Of a stretch of 64,000 bases of DNA, positions 37,557-45,663 are shown piece after piece. Made by a program: the position numbers and the translations under genes. Every line of letters begins with the position of its first letter. Position 1 is the first letter of the stretch. The notes beneath the pieces are model-generated. The model did not search any database. It saw nothing but the letters and a program-made list of their open reading frames with translations, and was not told the DNA's origin. Source of the stretch: an uncultured Acidimicrobiaceae bacterium (GTDB lineage: Bacteria; Actinomycetota; Acidimicrobiia; Acidimicrobiales; RAAP-2); NCBI GenBank assembly GCA_963753905.1, contig CAVWDZ010000001.1:2646473-2710472 (forward strand), read 5' to 3'.

Positions 37557-40500
37557 CTATCCACTTACCTCCCCGCGAGAGTCGAGAGGACTCTGTCCGA
37601 CGTCAGTTGTCCCCGACAACGCCGCAGCAGCCCGCCGTTCGACCCCGCCATACGATCGCGATCTGGCCACCTCGAGAGCCTCGGTGAGCAGACGACGGCC
37701 CCGGTCGACATCGCCCGGCAACCCCCGCAGCGTGAGCATCCTGCCCCAGAGAAGTTTGGTCCGGGCAGCAAAAAAGACCGCTCCCATCTGCCGGCACACG
37801 TCGGTGGATTGTTCGAAATAGCACTCCGCCCGGTCGAACTCGCCGAGCACTGTGGCCAGTCCTCCCAGGTAGTGACTGACCGGGCCTAGAGCCGACCCGC
37901 CCGTCGCCGGCAGCTGACCCGACCATGGCTCGAGTTGCTCGAGCAACCGCGTGGCATGCCTTCTGTCATTGCATTCGATCGTCGCTTCTGCGAAGTCGAC
38001 CATGCCTGTCAGCCAGAGTTGGTCGAGCGGTAACTCGTAGTCCATCCCGGCGAACTCGTCGAGCAACTCGGATGCACGGGCGAACTCGTCACCGTCAACG
38101 TACGCCTTGGCCAGGATCGACAAGAAGAAGCTGCGCGGAATGTCCCGCGTCTCGTCAGCCATCTTCTCGATGAGCGGCACCAGCTCGTACTGCGTCCCGA
38201 GCTGGCCCGCCACGATGTTCATTTGACCGCCGAAGATGAGGGCGGCGTCGGGCTGGCCACCCTGAGTGCCGATCTCCAGCGCTTCGACAGCGAACTTCTC
38301 GGCCGCCCGGGCGTCGCCCGCGATCTGGGCTCGCAGGGACAGGACGAAGGCATGCCCCCATGAGAAGAGAGGCTGGCCGAGCTCTTCGGCCATATCGCCA
38401 TGGATGACCAGGCATCGATCCAGCTCGTCGATGTCCCCTCGGCGAGCCGCCGACTCCACACGCCATTGGGCGGCCCAGAAGACAAGTACAGGATCCCCGA
38501 CCCGCTCGGCCAGCTCGAGGCCTTCTGCGGTCCAAGCTTCGGTCCGCTCGAGCATGGAAGGAACCTGGAGCGGGATGTGCAGGTGATTGAGAACGCGCAC
38601 CATCACCGCGTCGTCACCCGATCGCCTGGCGATAGCGATGGCCTCCTCGGCAAGCGAGAGGCGCTGCTCGAGCGAGCTGCCGTGGGTGAGCTCGGAGCAC
38701 AGGGTGGCAAGGACGAGTGCCCTGTCCGGATGATCACGCTCGACCTTGGCAAGAGCCCGCTCGAGTGCATCTATTCTCTCGGTATCGGCGGAGCCGACGG
38801 CGCTATAGAAGCCGCGGTCGTTGGCGAGGCACGCGATGACCAGCCGACCGACATCGTCGAGGCGATCGGCATCCCGGGCTGCACCAAGCAGGGTGTCACG
38901 GTACGCGGGGTCACCGATCTGTCGCTGCGCGGTGCCGAGACCGATCGCCAGGTCGACCATCACATTGGCGTGGACGCGGTCGCTCCGCTGAGAGAGCTCG
39001 AGCGCACTGGCGAAATGCCTGGCGGCGTCGCCGGGGGCCAACGACTCGAGAGCAAGGGTGCCCGCACGGTGCGAATAACGGAGCGCCTTTGCCAGGTTCG
39101 CCGGCCGGGGTGCGGCCATCCAGTGGTGGGCGAGCTCGCCCACGCGTTCCTCTCCCCGGAGGTCGGCCAGTTCCTCGAGCGCACACGCGACCCGCTCATG
39201 GATGAAGGCGCGACGTGTCGCCCCCAGTCCGTCGTAGAGGGTCCTCTGGACCAGGGCATGGCTGAACGCGAACCGACCGGAAGGGCCGTCGACCCCTGTC
39301 ACCAAGGACGCACGTTCCGCGGCGTCAAGGACGTCGAGCAGAGGATCGGGTGCCACCTGGGTCGCCCCTGCGAGCAGCTCGAGATCGAAAACCCTGCCGA
39401 CCACCGCGGCCGTCGAGAGCACTCCCTCGGCGTCCGGTCCGAGCCGGGCCACGCGTCCGGACACCACCTCGCGGACGCTGGTGGGCAGGTCGATCCGGTC
39501 GAGGTAGTCGACGTCGTGTCCGGAGTTGCCGCCCCGATCCTCGACGAGGACCCCCGTGTCCAGCAGGTGGCGGAGCACCTCGGTCACGAAGAACGGGTTA
39601 CCGCTCGTCTCTTGGTGCACGATCTCGGCGAGCCGGCTGACGTCGGCATCGACCGGCCGGCCGATCACTCCGGCCAACAGCGACTCGACCGAGGACGCGT
39701 CGAGACCGCCAAGCTCGACCCGGGATACTCCATGGTGACGCCAGAGCATCCCGAGCGTCTCGCGTAGGGCCGGAGTCACGGAGAGCTCACTGCTGCGGAA
39801 CGTGCCGGCGATCAGTACCCGCATGCGCTGATCATCGGTTGACATCAAGTGGCGGAGGAGGGCCAGGCTTCCGGGGTCCGCCCACTGCAGGTCGTCGAGG
39901 ACCAGGACCAACGGCTCGTCCTGCGAGATCCCACTCAGCAGATCAGCTGTGGCAGCAAAGAGAAGGTAGCGCTCCGAGTCGGGATCGCTGGCCTTGGATG
40001 GCGCAAGGGAGGGGCTCCGTTCCACGAACTTCGGAACGAAGCGGCTCCACTCGGCACCGTGCTCCCCGACCAGCTCATGGAACCGGTCGTCGGGAGCGTG
40101 TTCCGCGTAGTGACCGAACGCCCCGGCAAAGAGCCCGTAGGGAGTCGACAGGTCCTCCTCGCTGTACCCGAAGAGCACGCAGGCCCCGTCCTCGAACGCC
40201 AGCCGAGCGGCCTCGGCGATGAGGGTCGTCTTGCCCTGGCCGGGCTCACCGGAGACGAAGACCGCGTGGCGACCCTCGCCCGAGACGACCTTCTCGACGG
40301 CAGTAGCCAACGTGGCCAGCTCCGACTCGCGGCCGACCAGATCCAGCCTCGTCGCGCAATGGGCGGCCAGTCGGCCGGGCAGCGGCACCCGCGAGCGAGC
40401 CGGTGCAAGCGGCTCCCAGTCAACCCCTACTACCTCGACGGGCTCCGGGAGACCTTTCAGCTCGACGGTCCCGAGCAGCCGGAAGACGGCTTGGCTGCGT

Positions 40501-40919
40501 CGCCCGGCCAATATCCGTGCCAGGTCCGATGAGAGGATCTGGCCGGGTTCGCAGGTCGCACAGAGCCGGGCGGCTTCGATCACCGGATCGCCGAAATAGT
40601 CATCCTCCTCGTGAGCCACCTCTCCAGCGCTCAGGCCGATCCGGAGCTTGACGGCGTCGTTTCGGGAGCGGTTGTCCTGCTCGACGGCTTGGTGCATCGA
40701 CACTGCGCATGCCACGGCCGCCGAAGCCGACGAGAACACGGCCATGAGGCCGTCTCCCAAATTCTTGACCTCCGTTCCGCCGGCCGTGGATATGGCTGTA
40801 CGCAGGAGATCGAAGTGATCGTGACGAAGTTGATCGGCGGCATCGGGCAGCAGGCGCTGAAACAACGCCGTTGAATCGACCATGTCGGTGAACAGGACCG
40901 CCACGCTCTCCGTGGACAT
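37557..40919 (-). CDS. Class III adenylate/guanylate cyclase fused to a STAND AAA ATPase and TPR-like repeats
   Basis: ATG at 40919 follows GGGAGGGGAG. The cyclase domain reads VAVLFTDMVDSTALF...NLGDGLMAVF. The P-loop is VSGEPGQGKT and Walker B is LVLVLDDLQWAD. A long helical repeat C-terminus follows. Confidence 0.85.
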   Translation of the reverse strand: MSTESVAVLFTDMVDSTALFQRLLPDAADQLRHDHFDLLRTAISTAGGTEVKNLGDGLMAVFSSASAAVACAVSMHQAVEQDNRSRNDAVKLRIGLSAGEVAHEEDDYFGDPVIEAARLCATCEPGQILSSDLARILAGRRSQAVFRLLGTVELKGLPEPVEVVGVDWEPLAPARSRVPLPGRLAAHCATRLDLVGRESELATLATAVEKVVSGEGRHAVFVSGEPGQGKTTLIAEAARLAFEDGACVLFGYSEEDLSTPYGLFAGAFGHYAEHAPDDRFHELVGEHGAEWSRFVPKFVERSPSLAPSKASDPDSERYLLFAATADLLSGISQDEPLVLVLDDLQWADPGSLALLRHLMSTDDQRMRVLIAGTFRSSELSVTPALRETLGMLWRHHGVSRVELGGLDASSVESLLAGVIGRPVDADVSRLAEIVHQETSGNPFFVTEVLRHLLDTGVLVEDRGGNSGHDVDYLDRIDLPTSVREVVSGRVARLGPDAEGVLSTAAVVGRVFDLELLAGATQVAPDPLLDVLDAAERASLVTGVDGPSGRFAFSHALVQRTLYDGLGATRRAFIHERVACALEELADLRGEERVGELAHHWMAAPRPANLAKALRYSHRAGTLALESLAPGDAARHFASALELSQRSDRVHANVMVDLAIGLGTAQRQIGDPAYRDTLLGAARDADRLDDVGRLVIACLANDRGFYSAVGSADTERIDALERALAKVERDHPDRALVLATLCSELTHGSSLEQRLSLAEEAIAIARRSGDDAVMVRVLNHLHIPLQVPSMLERTEAWTAEGLELAERVGDPVLVFWAAQWRVESAARRGDIDELDRCLVIHGDMAEELGQPLFSWGHAFVLSLRAQIAGDARAAEKFAVEALEIGTQGGQPDAALIFGGQMNIVAGQLGTQYELVPLIEKMADETRDIPRSFFLSILAKAYVDGDEFARASELLDEFAGMDYELPLDQLWLTGMVDFAEATIECNDRRHATRLLEQLEPWSGQLPATGGSALGPVSHYLGGLATVLGEFDRAECYFEQSTDVCRQMGAVFFAARTKLLWGRMLTLRGLPGDVDRGRRLLTEALEVARSRSYGGVERRAAAALSGTTDVGQSPLDSRGEVSG

Positions 40920-41023
40920 CACACTCCCCTCCCTCGGCCGAACAACGGTAACCCCCCGAGCCCTCCTCACGCCGGCAAACGCCTGCCCTCGACGGGTGCA
41001 GGCCGGTTGCCTGGCTTGTCCGA

Positions 41024-43402
41024 CTAGGCGCCCATCTTCCAAGCCGCTTTCAGCTCGTCGGTGACCTCGAACCGTGGGCGGTCCCCGTCGCGCCCGTAGC
41101 GCTCGAACCCCTGCCAGATGCGTCGACCCAGCGCCGCGGCGAGGGGGCCGGTTCCCGGGAAGCGCACCAGCGCGTACGTGTACAACCAATCGGTCTGGCG
41201 CATCACTTCGAACACGACTCGCGTCCAGTCGGACCGAGGAACCCCGAGCATGTCGGCCGTCTCGTCGCCGAGGTAGAACCGGATACCCGTGGCGGGAAGC
41301 CCGGGCAGGTGGGTGAAGCCGAACAGCTCCTGCATGCACTCGATCGCGGCCGCGGTCAGCTCTCGGCCCTCGTCGGTCGGCCCGTACTCCTTTCGCTTGC
41401 CCCTCTCCCATAGCGCCTCTGAATCCTCCAGGGACAGCGGGAGCAGGTCGTCGAGGATGCCGATCTGGTGCCCGACCAGGTTCCAGACGTGGATGTAGGC
41501 CTCCGCCCGATCCGGACTCAAGCGTACACCCGACCGCGCAAGGGATTCGATGCCTTGGACTCCGAAGGAGAACAGCGTGCCGAGCAACTGCAACTGGTTG
41601 ATGGGGACGCCCAAGGCCTTGTCCCACGGCGGCACCTTGGTGGCGCCGGTGCTCCCGTCATCGATGTCGTCGGGCCGGAGGAGGACATGGCGAACGGCCG
41701 CATGCATCAGGCGCACATGGCGGACAGTTCGGTAGCCGCCCTTACCCGGCTCGAGTGCGCCCGGCGTCATTGCGTCGATGATCATCTGGCCGGTCTCCAC
41801 GTACCGTCGCTTCGGGTCTCTGCTCAGCCGCGCTGTGCGGGCGAGCGCCTGGACGCCCTTTGCGAAGCCATAATCGGCCGGCAGGCTCGCCATGAAGAGG
41901 CCCATGCCCAGCTGGGGGCCGAATTCGCCGAAGACCCGCTGCCCCTCCTCAATCAACTCGGCGTCGGCCCAGGCCGGCCACGATGTCACCTCGGTCACGA
42001 ACTCGGCGACGCCCGGCAGGTCTTCGTCCGCGGCGCGCCAAGCCGAGGTCGACGCCAACCTGCGGTAGAGCGCGTCGTGGTGCAGGCCGGTTGCCTCGAA
42101 GAAGGATGAGACCGCGGCATCGGCTGGCTGATCGCCGGTGGCTCGTAGATCCTCCATGAACGAGTCCGTAAAACGATCGAGCCCGACAGAGGGTGGGCGC
42201 GGCAGCCTCCGCTGGGTCCGAACGTCGTTGGGGGTGCGAGAGCCCGATTGACGGATGGCCGGTTCGGGGATGTGGTCAGCTTGGATGGCGGCCAGTTCCT
42301 CTGGCGAGAACGGGGCCCGAAACAGAGACTGGCGGTGGTGCCGGGAGAGGAACAGGTTGCTGATGAAGTTCATGCGGTTGTCGAGGATCAACCAGTTCTC
42401 AGCCCGACTGCCAAGGCCGTCAGTCGCGGCCTGGTCGAACCTCTTGAGCAGTTCGGCGAGATCCTCGACCACCACCTGATCGAGCTCGGGAGGGACGAAG
42501 GGCTCTCCCGGCAGCGGCGGGACGTCGTGGTCGAGGCGCAGTACACCGTCGGGAGTCTCGATTGTGCCGAGCATCTCGGTCATCAGGTCGCCCCATGTCT
42601 TGGTGGTGGCCCGGGCGAGAGGGCCGAGTGCCTCGTCGATCAGGCGTTCGGCTGGCCCTGGAACCCGCAGATCAGTCGCCATCCGTTCCTTGAGCAGGCC
42701 CAGCGACCGGTCGAGTCCCATGACCATGCTGCCGGCGATCGGCTGCTGGAGATGGTTCTGCTCGTGGGCCCCGAGCTGCAGGGAGCCGCCGAGAATCAGC
42801 TGGCTCCGTCGGCGGGGATCCTCCTCCGTCATCGCGTCGCACCACAGGGTGAACCCTTCCCGTAGCCGGTTCTGACCCTCGAACTCCAGAGCGCCATCGC
42901 AGGCGGCCAGCACGCGCTCTCGGTCCACCGAAGGAGGGGTGTCTCCGGCATTGACGGCGGCGGCGGATGAAAGGAACTGGGCGGCGACGGGAGCAATTTC
43001 GGCAAATACCTCGGTGTTACCGTCAGAGAGGGACGTGGCGCACACACCGAAATGCGAAGCGAGAACGTCGCCGACGTGCTCGGGCAGCAGATGAACAACA
43101 TCCGCGCTGGGATGCGCCAGGTGAACGGCTTGGTTTGCAGCTCGGGCGAGTCCCATCATCCCGTCGGGCAGGACGACCCGCCGGTGGAGCCATCCCGGCA
43201 ACTCCTCCCCGCGTAGGTTCCGGCCGACGGTCCATGACGCCCACGTCGCGAAGGTGCACCAGTTGGCGGTATCTGCTCCCAAGAGTCCTGTGAGAGCGGC
43301 AGCCAGGTCGGAGTAGGTCTGGGTCACCCAGTAGTTGCGCAGAACCCGGTCCTCGATGCCGACGACCGCCTGCACGTGCTCGCTTGAAGTCCCTCGCTGC
43401 AT
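41024..43402 (-). CDS. Fusion of an unknown ~400-aa N-terminal domain with an MpaB/DUF2236-type oxygenase domain
   Basis: This is an intact 792-aa ORF. The C-terminal half (GPQLGMGLFMASLPADYGF...YRTVRHVRLMHAAVRHVL...LLGTLFSF) resembles the DUF2236/MpaB family. Confidence 0.65.
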   Translation of the reverse strand: MQRGTSSEHVQAVVGIEDRVLRNYWVTQTYSDLAAALTGLLGADTANWCTFATWASWTVGRNLRGEELPGWLHRRVVLPDGMMGLARAANQAVHLAHPSADVVHLLPEHVGDVLASHFGVCATSLSDGNTEVFAEIAPVAAQFLSSAAAVNAGDTPPSVDRERVLAACDGALEFEGQNRLREGFTLWCDAMTEEDPRRRSQLILGGSLQLGAHEQNHLQQPIAGSMVMGLDRSLGLLKERMATDLRVPGPAERLIDEALGPLARATTKTWGDLMTEMLGTIETPDGVLRLDHDVPPLPGEPFVPPELDQVVVEDLAELLKRFDQAATDGLGSRAENWLILDNRMNFISNLFLSRHHRQSLFRAPFSPEELAAIQADHIPEPAIRQSGSRTPNDVRTQRRLPRPPSVGLDRFTDSFMEDLRATGDQPADAAVSSFFEATGLHHDALYRRLASTSAWRAADEDLPGVAEFVTEVTSWPAWADAELIEEGQRVFGEFGPQLGMGLFMASLPADYGFAKGVQALARTARLSRDPKRRYVETGQMIIDAMTPGALEPGKGGYRTVRHVRLMHAAVRHVLLRPDDIDDGSTGATKVPPWDKALGVPINQLQLLGTLFSFGVQGIESLARSGVRLSPDRAEAYIHVWNLVGHQIGILDDLLPLSLEDSEALWERGKRKEYGPTDEGRELTAAAIECMQELFGFTHLPGLPATGIRFYLGDETADMLGVPRSDWTRVVFEVMRQTDWLYTYALVRFPGTGPLAAALGRRIWQGFERYGRDGDRPRFEVTDELKAAWKMGA

Positions 43403-44026
43403 CGTCCCGCTCCCACCCCGACTCGTGGTTACTCCGCTGAATCGCTCCGCTAGCCAATCGACTACGCCCTACCCGGGGTCATTGTGCCAGGTAACCGGCG
43501 GTCGCGCTCGTGGTCAGGGCAATCGGGAGGCGCTTCGTCTGCGGGCACGGACAGGTCCCGGGCGATGATGGCTGGACACCGAACCTCCAGGCCTGCCGGT
43601 GCCAATCCCGTCGGCCGCTCCGTGCTCGACCCGGTAAGACGACCTCTCGGCGGCCGGGCTCGATCCGCCTCCAAATCGGAGCTGGCCGCCGGCGCCTGAA
43701 GGGTGCCACCACACGACCCTCAGCGGATCGAGATCCGGCGGGTTGGTGGACGCTGGAGCGATTCAGCTGACGGTCACCTCGTCGGGTAGCCGGGGTTCGA
43801 ACCGGGCGATGCGGTGATCCGGACGGACACGTCTCGCGCACGGAATGTCAGGAAGGGCGGCACGTCGACCATCCCGTCGGACTTCCTGACGATCGTCTTC
43901 AGCGTCTGCCGGTGTGTGCCATCGATCGACGCCACCGGCGAGTCGCTGGTAGTCCGCAGTGTCGTCGCGGGCCCCGCTGGCGGTGGCCGGCTGGGATCGG
44001 GTTGTGGTGCAACTCCCCAACCGTGC

Positions 44027-44611
44027 CTACTGGCAAAGAGCCGTCAGCAAGTGGCTCGCGGCGGATCTGAATCGTTTGATATCCCCAAAGGAGCGGGCGA
44101 TCAGCATGGCGCCCTCCAAACCGCTCACGATCGCGCGCGCTTCGTCGAGTGGAGCCCCAGGGAAGCCCAGCAGTCCATGGTCGCGACCGCGATTCAATAC
44201 CTCGGCGAGCCACTGCTCGTTCCTTTCGAAGAAGTCTGCGACTGCACTCTGCATACCGGTCGAAAGGGTCTCGTACTCGGCCGCCAACATGCCGCACAAG
44301 CACATCCGCTGGCTTCGCAGTACGCCTACGTAGAGATCGGTATAGGCGGTGAGCTTGTGAAGCGGATCCTCAGAGGAATCGTCGATTTCGACCAATGCCG
44401 CAATGAACCGAGACGCATAGCGGGCGATCAGGGCCTCTCCGAGGTCCGACTTGCTTGGGAAGTGATAGTGGATGGCGGCATTGGTGAGGCCCAGCTCCCC
44501 GGCAATATCGGCATAACTGAACGCATTGAATCCGCGCACCTGGACCAGGTGCTCCGCCACGTCGAGTACCTGGGCGGCCGTGTCGGTCGTTGCCTCCTGC
44601 GCCTGCTTCAC
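44027..44611 (-). CDS. TetR-family transcriptional regulator
   Basis: FSYADIAGELGLTNAAIHYHFPSKSDLGEALI is a TetR HTH. Confidence 0.9.
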   Translation of the reverse strand: MKQAQEATTDTAAQVLDVAEHLVQVRGFNAFSYADIAGELGLTNAAIHYHFPSKSDLGEALIARYASRFIAALVEIDDSSEDPLHKLTAYTDLYVGVLRSQRMCLCGMLAAEYETLSTGMQSAVADFFERNEQWLAEVLNRGRDHGLLGFPGAPLDEARAIVSGLEGAMLIARSFGDIKRFRSAASHLLTALCQ

Positions 44612-44663
44612 TCAGTTCGTCCTCATGGTTCCACGGATCACGTCCGAGGTTACCACTTGACTT

Positions 44664-44681
44664 CTACCTACTAGTAGGTAG
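44664..44681. promoter_or_regulatory. Perfect 18-bp palindrome, candidate TetR operator
   Basis: CTACCTACTAGTAGGTAG is its own reverse complement. It lies between the divergent TetR gene (start 44611) and the DUF1059 gene (start 44868). Confidence 0.55.
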
Positions 44682-44867
44682 GGTATCAATTGGCAGGGCA
44701 CAAACACCGGACGAACGGATGGATGCCTCTGTCGAGTGGCCATGATGCTGGACGGTTTGGGATTCACCGGTCGTCACGTTCGACTGTTTCGGTGCCCGCA
44801 TCTATGCGACCTCGTCAGGCTCACATTGACCGGAGCAGATCTGGTCTGAACAGAAAGGGGCTCTCGC

Positions 44868-45062
44868 ATGGCCCGGAAGATGATTGACTGCCGCAAGGTG
44901 CCAAACGATATCGGCTGCACGCTTACGATCGCTGGAACGGAAGAGGAAACTCTGGATGCGGCGGTGGCACACGCAGTTGCAAAGCACGGTCACCAGGACA
45001 CGCCCGAACTTCGTGAGATGATTCGATCTGGCCTGGAAGATGTCTCACCGGCCATGGCGTAG
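44868..45062 (+). CDS. DUF1059-like small protein
   Basis: 64 aa. MARKMIDCRKVPNDIGCTLTIAGTEEETLDAAVAHAVAKHGHQDTPELREMI. AAAGGGG lies upstream. Confidence 0.7.
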   Translation: MARKMIDCRKVPNDIGCTLTIAGTEEETLDAAVAHAVAKHGHQDTPELREMIRSGLEDVSPAMA

Positions 45063-45097
45063 CAGGTTCGAGCACCGTCGTCGGGTCGAACAAAACG

Positions 45098-45436
45098 ATG
45101 GATTCCCTTGCGATTGTGGATGCCTTTGGCGCGGCATGGGGCGCCCACGACCTAGATGCAACGCTTGCGCTCATCAGCAACGACTGTGTCTTCGAGTCCA
45201 CGGAGCCGGGGCCTGATGGCACCCGCTACGAGGGTCGTGATGCCATTCGGAAGGCCTGGCAGCCAATCTTTGACGATGGTGACGCTGTCTTCCAGGCCGA
45301 GGAGACCTTCGCAGCGGATGACCGAGTGGTGCAGCGCTGGCGGTACTCGTGGGCGGACGGCCACGTGCGGGGTGTAGACCTGTTCCGCCTCCGTGGCGGG
45401 CTCGTCTCTGAGAAACTCTCCTATGTGAAGGGTTGA
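45098..45436 (+). CDS. NTF2-like / SnoaL-like protein
   Basis: 112 aa. IVDAFGAAWGAHDLDATLALISNDCVFEST...VQRWRYSW...VDLFRLRGGLVSEKLSYVKG. Confidence 0.7.
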   Translation: MDSLAIVDAFGAAWGAHDLDATLALISNDCVFESTEPGPDGTRYEGRDAIRKAWQPIFDDGDAVFQAEETFAADDRVVQRWRYSWADGHVRGVDLFRLRGGLVSEKLSYVKG

Positions 45437-45615
45437 TCGAGACTCGCGTAACCCCGTATCACCAGGTGCAAAGTGATCGCGATCGCCGGACCCCGCTTCT
45501 TTCCCGCGAACCGCGGTATCTGCCAACAGGGGCGAACCGAGCAAGACCGGTCCTTTCGCTGAGGTGCTCGACTTGGCGCGACGCGATTCGGTCCGACCAT
45601 CAGTTGCCTTCAGAA

Positions 45616-45663
45616 CCCACCGGATCCGGTCAGAGTTCACCCACCGGATCCGGTCAGAGTTCG
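45616..45663. repeat. Tandem 2 x 24-bp repeat, each unit containing the palindrome ACCGGATCCGGT
   Basis: CCCACCGGATCCGGTCAGAGTTCA at 45616..45639 is followed by CCCACCGGATCCGGTCAGAGTTCG at 45640..45663. The second unit covers the stop codon of the MBG-repeat gene. Confidence 0.9.

Noticed and set aside
43500-43760. A possible cobalamin or other riboswitch in the long gap upstream of the MpaB-fusion gene. GGTGCC and AATCCCG-like strings caught the eye.
   Set aside because: I could not assemble a B12 box or any complete conserved core on either strand. The resemblance is limited to short GC-rich strings that are expected by chance.
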